Source: Acidimicrobiia bacterium | Lineage (GTDB): Bacteria; Actinomycetota; Acidimicrobiia; UBA2766 | DNA length: 64,000 bases | Direction: 5' to 3' | Assembly (NCBI GenBank): GCA_020850945.1 | Contig: JADZDR010000091.1 | Location: 35,565 to 99,564, forward strand | Shown here: piece after piece, positions 57,072 to 64,000 of the stretch | Layout: every line of letters starts with the position of its first letter | Numbering within the stretch: the stretch's first letter is position 1 | Translations under genes and position numbers: made by a program | The notes under the pieces: model-generated | Databases searched by the model: none | Told to the model about the DNA's origin: nothing | The model's input: only the letters and a program-made list of their open reading frames with translations

Positions 57072-59113
57072 GGCCCGGCGGTCTCCCCCAACGCGTCCCC
57101 CGCCCCGCCTCCGTCGCCGGACACGGCGGCGGGCAGGCCGTGTGACGCCCTCACGACCTGGATGAGCTCCGCCAGCATCTCGCTCACCCTGAAGTCCTTC
57201 GGTGTGTAGACCCCAGCCACACCCAGCTTGCGCAGGACCCCGGCATCGTCGTCGGGGATGATCCCTCCCACGAAGACCGGAACGTCGACGAGGCCCATGT
57301 CGTCGAGCAGGCGCAGGACCTCCGGGACGAGCTCCATGTGGGAACCGGAGAGGACCGAGAGACCGACCGCGTGCACCGACTCCTCGAGCGCGGCGCTCGC
57401 GATCTGGCCGGGACTCAGTCGTATGCCCTGGTAGACCACCTCGAAACCTGCATCCCGGGCTCGCAGCGCGATCTGTTCGGCGCCGTTGGAGTGGCCGTCG
57501 AGGCCCGGCTTGCCGATGAGGAGCTTGAGGGGACGCCCGAGGTCGCGCGACGTGGCGGCGACCGTGGAACGCAGCGTACGCAGGGCGTCGCCACCGGCCA
57601 CGACGGACGCGGCTCCGGCGAGTCCCGTGGGTGCACGGTATTCGCCGAAGACGGCGCGGAGTGTGCCGGCCCATTCCCCCGTCGTGACACCGGCATGGGC
57701 GCAGCGGATGGACGGCAACATGATGTTGCCGGCGGACTCCGCCGTCTCGCGCAGCTCGGCGAGGGCATCGGCGACACGGGCACCGTCACGCGTCACCCTC
57801 AGTTCGCCGAGGCGGCGGACCTGATCCGCCTCCGCCTCCGGATGAGGGGTCATGAAGGCCACGGACTCCCCTGCGAGGAGCGGGTTGGGCTCGGCCTCGG
57901 TGAACATGTTCACGCCCACCACGACCTTCTCGCCCGATTCGATCGCCGCGACTCGCCGCGCGTTGGACTCGACGAGGCGGCTCTTCACGTAGCCGGTGTC
58001 GATGGCGACGAGCATCCCCCCCATCTCGTCTATGCGAGCCAGTTCCTCGGCCGCCTCGGCGACGAGCTGGTCCGTCTTGGCTTCGATGACGTGCGAGCCC
58101 TCGAAGATGTCGTCGTACTCGAGCAGATCCGTCTCGTAGGCGAGCACCTGCTGCATGCGCAGCGACCACTGCTGGTCCCACGGTGTGGGCAGGCCGAGCG
58201 CCTCGTTCCAGGCGGGCAGTTGCAGGGCACGGCACCGCGCGTCACGTGACAGGGTGACGCCGAGCATCTCGAGGACGATGCGCTGCACGTTGTTCTCGGG
58301 TTGCTGCTCGGTCAGGCCGAGCGAGTTCACCTGGACCCCGTACCGGTAGCGGCGCATGCGCGGGTCCTCGATCCCGTAGCGCTCGAGGAGGAGTCCGTCC
58401 CACATCCGCCGGAAGGCCCGCATCTTGCAGACCTCCTCCACGAAGCGGATCGACGTGTCGTTGAAGAAGCTGATCGCGCCACAGACCCGCCCGAAGTCCT
58501 CGGGTGCCACCTGGCCGCTCTCGCGCACCGCATCGAGGATCTGGATCGCCATGGCGAGGCCGAAGGCCAGCTCCTGCTCCGGTGTCGCCCCCGCCTCCTG
58601 CAGGTGGTAGGGGCAGACGTTCACGGGGTTCCACTTCGGCATGTGGTTCACGGTGTAAACGATCGTGTCGACCGTGAGACGCAGCGAGGCTGCCGGGGGG
58701 AAGATGAAGGTCCCGCGGGACAGGTACTCCTTCTGGATGTCGTTCTGCGTCGTGCCCGACAGCTTCGAGAGATCGGCTCCCTGGTCCTCGGCGACGGCGA
58801 CGTAGAGGGCGAGGAGCCACGCTGCCGTGGCGTTGATCGTCATCGACGTGTTCATCGACTCGAGGGGAATCCCGTCGCAGAGCGTGTGCATGTCCGCGAT
58901 CGAGGAGACGGGAACCCCGACCTTGCCCACCTCGCCGAAAGCCTGGGGCGCGTCGGCGTCGTAGCCAGTCTGCGTGGGGAGATCGAACGCGATCGAGAGG
59001 CCTGTCTGTCCCTTCGCGAGGTTCTTCTTGTAGAGAGCGTTCGACGCCGCGGCGGACGTATGCCCCGAATACGTCCGGAACACCCACGGTCTGTCCCTCT
59101 CGCGGTCTGGCAT
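57068..59113 (-). CDS. B12-dependent acyl-CoA mutase with a fused C-terminal cobalamin-binding domain (MeaA/ethylmalonyl-CoA-mutase-like)
   Basis: It has RPWVFRTYSGHTSAAASNALYKKNLAKGQTGLSIAFDLPTQTGYD, and the C-terminal GKPGLDGHSNGAEQIA is a DxHxxG B12 motif. The exact substrate cannot be deduced. Confidence 0.8.
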   Translation of the reverse strand: MPDRERDRPWVFRTYSGHTSAAASNALYKKNLAKGQTGLSIAFDLPTQTGYDADAPQAFGEVGKVGVPVSSIADMHTLCDGIPLESMNTSMTINATAAWLLALYVAVAEDQGADLSKLSGTTQNDIQKEYLSRGTFIFPPAASLRLTVDTIVYTVNHMPKWNPVNVCPYHLQEAGATPEQELAFGLAMAIQILDAVRESGQVAPEDFGRVCGAISFFNDTSIRFVEEVCKMRAFRRMWDGLLLERYGIEDPRMRRYRYGVQVNSLGLTEQQPENNVQRIVLEMLGVTLSRDARCRALQLPAWNEALGLPTPWDQQWSLRMQQVLAYETDLLEYDDIFEGSHVIEAKTDQLVAEAAEELARIDEMGGMLVAIDTGYVKSRLVESNARRVAAIESGEKVVVGVNMFTEAEPNPLLAGESVAFMTPHPEAEADQVRRLGELRVTRDGARVADALAELRETAESAGNIMLPSIRCAHAGVTTGEWAGTLRAVFGEYRAPTGLAGAASVVAGGDALRTLRSTVAATSRDLGRPLKLLIGKPGLDGHSNGAEQIALRARDAGFEVVYQGIRLSPGQIASAALEESVHAVGLSVLSGSHMELVPEVLRLLDDMGLVDVPVFVGGIIPDDDAGVLRKLGVAGVYTPKDFRVSEMLAELIQVVRASHGLPAAVSGDGGGAGDALGETAGP

Positions 59114-59224
59114 ACGCAAGGATCCCTCGCCGAAGTGGGAGCGTGCAACCTCCACCGTGTGTGGGACCTGCCCCTGCCCCCTCCTTGCAGGATCGTCCTA
59201 CGTCCGCGCAGAAGGATCGTCCGC

Positions 59225-60229
59225 ATGGAATCACAGGCGCCGGAACAGCGCGACATCTCGGCCGAGCCGACTGAGGGCACGGCCACGCATCCTGAGTCCT
59301 GCCGGATCTGCGGCGCGACCCTCGACGGGCCCTTCCTCACCGGTGGCAAGTGGCGCGTTCAGGCCTGCCGTTCCTGTACCGCAGCCTCGCTTGTCCCGCT
59401 GCCGACACCCGAGGTCCTCGACGAGGCCTACCACCAAGGCGGATATGCCGACGAGCGGGGTCAGGTCCCCGCTCCCGTCGATCGCCTGCTCGACAGGTTC
59501 AGCCGGCGACGACTCGAGTTCGCTGCCGGAGACAAGCGGTCAGGACGGTTCCTCGAAGTCGGCAGTGGCAAGGGCCGCCTCCTCAAGGTCGCGCGCGCGA
59601 AGGGATTCGACCCGGTCGGGATCGAGCCCCACAGCGGCCGGCGCGAGTTCGGCACGAACCGCTACGACATCGACGTGTTCAACGGACCACTCGCCGATTT
59701 CCCCCCCGAACGGGGACCCTTCGACGTCATCGCCATGTGGCACGTCCTGGAGCACGTGCCCGAGCCTGTGGACTTCCTACGCCAGGTCGGCAAGCTCCTC
59801 GCTGACGACGGTCGCCTCGCCATCGAGGTTCCGAACCTGCGCGGTTGGGCCAGGTACGTGACGGGTGACGCCTGGTTCCCCTGGCAACTCCCGTATCACC
59901 TCGTGCACTTCACCCCGAAGGCGATGGAGATCGCACTCGACCGCGCAGGGTTCGAGATGACGTCGATAACGACGCGGAGCCTGGAGATGCAGATCCTGTG
60001 CTGGTCACAGTCGGTTCTCAATCGCCTCAGCGGCACGGACGAGCTCTCCTACCGCCTCCTGAAACGGAATTGGCAGCCGGAGTCGAAGGAGGACTGGAAG
60101 GACCTCGCCCGCTTGGCAGGCGCCGGCCTCGGCCTCGCGGTCCTCTCGCCGTTCATCCTCGCCGCGGCCGCCGTCGAAGCCGACCTCGGGGGTGGGACCG
60201 TGGTGCGGGTGGCTGCCCGCAAGGTCTGA
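59225..60229 (+). CDS. class I SAM-dependent methyltransferase with an N-terminal Cys4 zinc ribbon
   Basis: It has CRICGA...CRSC and then FLEVGSGKGRLL (motif I) and VIAMWHVLEHV. The start is trimmed to ATG 59225. Confidence 0.8.
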   Translation: MESQAPEQRDISAEPTEGTATHPESCRICGATLDGPFLTGGKWRVQACRSCTAASLVPLPTPEVLDEAYHQGGYADERGQVPAPVDRLLDRFSRRRLEFAAGDKRSGRFLEVGSGKGRLLKVARAKGFDPVGIEPHSGRREFGTNRYDIDVFNGPLADFPPERGPFDVIAMWHVLEHVPEPVDFLRQVGKLLADDGRLAIEVPNLRGWARYVTGDAWFPWQLPYHLVHFTPKAMEIALDRAGFEMTSITTRSLEMQILCWSQSVLNRLSGTDELSYRLLKRNWQPESKEDWKDLARLAGAGLGLAVLSPFILAAAAVEADLGGGTVVRVAARKV

Positions 60230-60234
60230 GCCCT

Positions 60235-60966
60235 TCAGGCGGAGGGCGGGATGATGCGCGGCCGCCACCCCGCGCGGTGAGGTGGGTGCCGTTCACCGAC
60301 GACGATCCCCTCGCGCATGGCCGACACGAGGTCGTCCGGCCCGTCGAAGTCGGGGAGCTCGAGCCAGGCCGCGCCGATCTCGTCCGGGTAGTGGGCGTCG
60401 GAGCCTGCCCCGCCCGGCAGGCCCCGCGAGGTCGCGAATGCCGCTGCGGAGGCGTTGACTCCGTCCGACGGGTTCCGTGAGTTGAACACCTCGATCGCGT
60501 CCACGAGGCCCGCCTCCACGAGCTCGTCCATGTCGGGGGCGGACATGGCGTGGTTGCGCGGCCCGATCGGGTGCGGCACGTACACGATCCCTCCCTGTGC
60601 CCGGATGCGACGTGCGCACTCGGTGGCGGGGAGGCCGAAGCTCACGCGTTCGTCGATGAAGAGGCCGATGAGCTCCCCCGCCTGCGTCTTGATCTCGGAT
60701 CCGACGATGACGCGCACGTCGAGGTCTCCACTCAGCGTGTGCGCGACGTGGACGGCGTTGTGGTCCGTGACGCAGACGACATCGAGGTCGGCGGCGACGA
60801 CGGCGTCCTCGAACTCCTCGATCGACGTGACGGCATCCCCGGAACCGTAAGTGTGCATGTGGAAGTCCATCCGAACGATCCCCGCCCGCTTCGGGCCGGC
60901 ATCGGCAGGCGCGACCGGCACGTAACGGGGGTCGATCGGTTCGGCGGGCACACCCGGCTCTTCCAC
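60235..60966 (-). CDS. PHP (polymerase/histidinol phosphatase) domain protein
   Basis: It has MDFHMHTYGSGDA, VCVTDHN and VYVPHP metal-ligand motifs. Confidence 0.8.
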   Translation of the reverse strand: MEEPGVPAEPIDPRYVPVAPADAGPKRAGIVRMDFHMHTYGSGDAVTSIEEFEDAVVAADLDVVCVTDHNAVHVAHTLSGDLDVRVIVGSEIKTQAGELIGLFIDERVSFGLPATECARRIRAQGGIVYVPHPIGPRNHAMSAPDMDELVEAGLVDAIEVFNSRNPSDGVNASAAAFATSRGLPGGAGSDAHYPDEIGAAWLELPDFDGPDDLVSAMREGIVVGERHPPHRAGWRPRIIPPSA

Positions 60967-60987
60967 GCGGCGAGTATTGCAGTGGGC

Positions 60988-61701
60988 TCAAGGGGCGTGA
61001 AGCCGCTCCGCCAGCCACGTCACGGATCCAAGGATCTCCTGGAGGGGGACGTCGAAGTGCCCACCCCGGTTCCGGCGGATCTCGAGGTCGGCGTTGTACA
61101 TGGCGGCGTGGAGGGCCGTGACGGAGCCCGCGGGAAACAGCTCGTCGTCGACCTGGTGGAGGAACCGAACGGGGCACGCAAGACTGCGGGCCGCCGCGTG
61201 CATGTTCTCGGCCAGGGACGGGACGACTCCGGCGAGACCGAGGACAGCGGCGGCGACAGACACGCGGGCGGCAACACCGATCCCCATGACCGTCCCGAGG
61301 CTCAGGCCCCAGTAGCCGACGGGGCCCAGATCGTGCTCGTCCACGAACCCGTCCAGTGCCACCTCCCATTCCTTGGTCGCCATCACCCAGACCTCGGGAT
61401 CACAGATGAGAGACGCCGCACGGCGCAGGATCTCCTCGGGTGAGTCACCCGGCTCCTCGGCCTGACGGCCGTGCCCGGGCCAGTCGCAGGCGAGCACGGC
61501 ACAACCACGCTTGCCGAAGGCATTCGCGATCGCGGTGATCTCCTCGGCGTCCTCGGAGCGGCCCCCTCCGTGCCCGAGGACAACGACCGGTGTACGTCGA
61601 CTCTCGTCGGGGACGCCTCGCTCCGGCAGCCACGTGCGCATCGCTGCTCCTCCCTCGCCTGCTACCCAGTGCCCCTGCTCTGCGGAGAGATTCACCGGCA
61701 C
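60988..61701 (-). CDS. alpha/beta hydrolase (dienelactone-hydrolase-like)
   Basis: It has VVVLGHGGG, a nucleophile elbow GLSLG and a C-terminal GGH. Confidence 0.7.
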   Translation of the reverse strand: MPVNLSAEQGHWVAGEGGAAMRTWLPERGVPDESRRTPVVVLGHGGGRSEDAEEITAIANAFGKRGCAVLACDWPGHGRQAEEPGDSPEEILRRAASLICDPEVWVMATKEWEVALDGFVDEHDLGPVGYWGLSLGTVMGIGVAARVSVAAAVLGLAGVVPSLAENMHAAARSLACPVRFLHQVDDELFPAGSVTALHAAMYNADLEIRRNRGGHFDVPLQEILGSVTWLAERLHAP

Positions 61702-61731
61702 GAGCGCTCCTTCCTCGTGGCGAGCTCGCTC

Positions 61732-63081
61732 TCAACGTCCCCCGAGCGTCATCTCGCCGACGAGGATGGGGACGGCGGGCCCTCCCGAGAGCATGCGGAC
61801 CTGCGAGCCTGTCGCGACGATGTCGAGGAGGATCCGCTGGATCGTCGAGGCGATCGTTGCCTCACGGAAGGGCTCACCGAGTCCCCCCGCGGAGACGCGC
61901 AGGCCCTCCGCCCCGACCGAGAAGTCGCCGGAGACGGGATTCACGCCCGAGTGCAGGCCCTGCACGCTCTGCACGTAGATGCCCCCCTCGGCCCGGCTCA
62001 TCAGGGTCTCGATCGGGAGGTCGGTTCCGGGGCGGAATCCGACGGAACGCATGCCGACGCCGGGGGTTGACACGTAGGACGCCCGCGTCGCGTTTCCAGA
62101 CGTCGTGGTCGCGGATCTTGCCGCGGTCCAGACATTCTGCGCGAACCCCTGCAGGACACCTTCGCGAACGAACTCGTTGCGGCGCGTGGCGACACCCTCG
62201 GCGTCGAAGGGCGCGGCACCGAAGGCATCGGTGTCGGTCGGGTCGTCGAAGAAGGTGACCGCGGACGAGGCGATGGCCTCCCCGCATCGGTCACCGAAGA
62301 TGCTGCGGCCCTTCAGGACCGCTTCGCCGCTCAGGGTCCCCGCCACGACTCCGGCGATCTGGGCCGACACGAACGGGTCGAAGAGGACCGGCAGACGACT
62401 GCTGGCCGGTCTGGTCGCACCGAGCATGCGCAGGGAGCGATCGGCCGCCTCCGCGCACACGCGATCGGGGTCGAGGTCCGCCGGGTCACGGGCGAGGTCA
62501 TACCCGAACCCCGTCTGCGTCTGCCCCTCGGCCTCGACGATCGCGTAGGCACTGACGGACGAGATCGTCCGCTCCTGCTGTCTCGACAGGCCGTTCGAGT
62601 TCGCGACGGCAGAGCGGACCTGGGCGTCGCCGTATCCGGCTTCGACTGTGCGGATACGCGGATCCGTGTCGCGCAGGCTCTTCGCGAGGTCGAGCACCAA
62701 CGCCAGTTTGGTGTCGGTTCCCGTCCGATCGAATGCGGGAGCGACGAGGTCGAGCTCCGGCACGGCGACGGCCGCGTCCGCTTCGGACGGCAGGGTGAGC
62801 GCCGTGTCCGTACCGGCGAACGCGGTGTTGTCCCGGGCGTCTGCGAGGACCTCGAACGCGGCGTCCTCCGCGAGGATCCCGGCGTAGGCGAATCCCTGCC
62901 TCTCTTCCCTGATCACACGAACACCGATGCCTGCGATCTCGGCCGAGGTGAGGCTCTCGATCTCGTCGTCGTGGACGTCGATATCCAGGTCCCGCCGGCG
63001 CACTACGTAGGCCTCGACCTGCTCGCCGGGATCGGCGCGGTCCACCACTGCGCGGGCGAGGTCGACGGGTTCGGGGCTCAT
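61732..63081 (-). CDS. pmbA: TldE/PmbA family metalloprotease subunit
   Basis: It shows PmbA/TldD family architecture. The start is trimmed to ATG 63081, which overlaps the tldD stop (ATGA). Confidence 0.85.
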   Translation of the reverse strand: MSPEPVDLARAVVDRADPGEQVEAYVVRRRDLDIDVHDDEIESLTSAEIAGIGVRVIREERQGFAYAGILAEDAAFEVLADARDNTAFAGTDTALTLPSEADAAVAVPELDLVAPAFDRTGTDTKLALVLDLAKSLRDTDPRIRTVEAGYGDAQVRSAVANSNGLSRQQERTISSVSAYAIVEAEGQTQTGFGYDLARDPADLDPDRVCAEAADRSLRMLGATRPASSRLPVLFDPFVSAQIAGVVAGTLSGEAVLKGRSIFGDRCGEAIASSAVTFFDDPTDTDAFGAAPFDAEGVATRRNEFVREGVLQGFAQNVWTAARSATTTSGNATRASYVSTPGVGMRSVGFRPGTDLPIETLMSRAEGGIYVQSVQGLHSGVNPVSGDFSVGAEGLRVSAGGLGEPFREATIASTIQRILLDIVATGSQVRMLSGGPAVPILVGEMTLGGR

Positions 63082-64000
63082 GTCGCTGTCCCGCCGATCG
63101 TCACCTCGGTCACGCGCAGCGTGGGCTGCCCGGACGTGACCGGTACGCCCTGGCCCTGCTTGCCGCATGTACCCGGCCACGTGTCGAAGTCCGATCCGAT
63201 CACGTCGATTCGGGCGAGCACGTCGGGTCCGTTGCCCATCATGTTCGCCCCCCGGATCGGCCGTGTGATCTCGCCGTCCTCGATCAGGTATGCCTCCGAC
63301 ATGCCGAACACGAAGTCCCCCGTGGCCGTGTTCACGGACCCGCCGGCGAGACTCGCCACGTAGATGCCTCGTTCCGTGCCGGCCACGATGTCCTCCGGGT
63401 CGGTCTCGCCGGGCAGGAGGAGCGTGTTCGTCATGCGGGCCAGGGGCAGGTGCCGGTACGACTGGCGGCGCCCGTTGCCGCTCAGCTCACGGCCGTCCTT
63501 GCGTGCCCGCGTGCCGTCCCACATGTAGTCCTCGAGGACCCCGTCCCGGATGAGCGTGTTGCGGCGCACGGGCGCCCCCTCGTCGTCGATCCCGGCCGTC
63601 CCCCAGCCTCGCTCGTACCCACCGTCGTCCACCAGCGTGACCAGGGGGGAGGCGACCCGCTCGCCGATCTTGCCCGCAAACACCGACTGGTCCTTCTGCA
63701 CATGGTCGGCTTCGAGTCCGTGTCCGCACGCCTCATGGAAGAGGACCCCCCCGGCGCCCTTCTCGAGCACGACCGTCGACGGTCCGGCGGGGGCGGGTTC
63801 GGCCTCGAGGAGGGTTACAGCCTTGCGGGCGGCCTCACGCCCGACCTCCGCCGGATCGACACGGTCGAAGAACTCCCAGCCACCCGTGTAGCCGGGGGCA
63901 TGCATGCCGGTCTGCATGCCCGTGTCACCCACGGCTACGGCTTGCACGTACAGGCGGACGCGTTGTGTCGTGTCCTGTGCCCACACCCCGTCGCTGTTCG
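63078..64000 (-). CDS. tldD: TldD family metalloprotease, partial (N-terminus beyond the right edge)
   Basis: It has the HEACGHGLEADH motif. The reading frame stays open through position 64000, so the apparent M at 63986 is an internal GTG. Confidence 0.85.
   Translation of the reverse strand, partial: NSDGVWAQDTTQRVRLYVQAVAVGDTGMQTGMHAPGYTGGWEFFDRVDPAEVGREAARKAVTLLEAEPAPAGPSTVVLEKGAGGVLFHEACGHGLEADHVQKDQSVFAGKIGERVASPLVTLVDDGGYERGWGTAGIDDEGAPVRRNTLIRDGVLEDYMWDGTRARKDGRELSGNGRRQSYRHLPLARMTNTLLLPGETDPEDIVAGTERGIYVASLAGGSVNTATGDFVFGMSEAYLIEDGEITRPIRGANMMGNGPDVLARIDVIGSDFDTWPGTCGKQGQGVPVTSGQPTLRVTEVTIGGTAT

Overview
This is a very GC-rich chromosomal segment (GC not computed) that looks actinobacterial. 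NucS, a bL37-like micro-ORF, an mce/yrbE locus, a Glp/GlpR-type neighbourhood and the mfd-mazG-eno and metG-tatD-rsmA-ispE blocks all point that way. I call about 66 protein-coding genes, 3 tRNAs (Leu-TAA, Gln-TTG, Ala-CGC), one degraded transposase fragment and several repeat elements. I found no rRNA, no CRISPR array and no intact mobile element. Many long ORFs in the six-frame track are Arg/Pro/Gly-rich antisense shadows of the real genes and were discarded. Several longest ORFs also carry spurious N-terminal extensions, which I trimmed using 4-bp start/stop overlaps, Shine-Dalgarno-like sequences or a clash with a tRNA. Most of the window is conserved housekeeping synteny. I do not see a convincing new multi-gene system such as a defence island. 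The best leads are: (1) two perfect 46/50-bp palindromes with an AT-only centre that differ only by compensated substitutions, one ending 4 nt before the nucS start codon; (2) a minimal mce locus (2 permeases plus only 3 Mce proteins, no ATPase or accessory genes) inside a roughly 13.7-kb lipid-catabolism/efflux block that splits the usual eno-ftsB-DUF501-ppx cluster; (3) a duplicated 50-bp hairpin element that fills a convergent intergenic gap; (4) a cluster of five TTGCGCGCG/CGCGCGCAA motifs; (5) a probably unannotated 28-codon bL37-like gene; (6) a tRNA-Ala-adjacent IS remnant followed by an accessory-looking block that includes a bacterial translin-family gene. All functional calls rest on my recognition of motifs in the translated ORFs. 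No database search was run.
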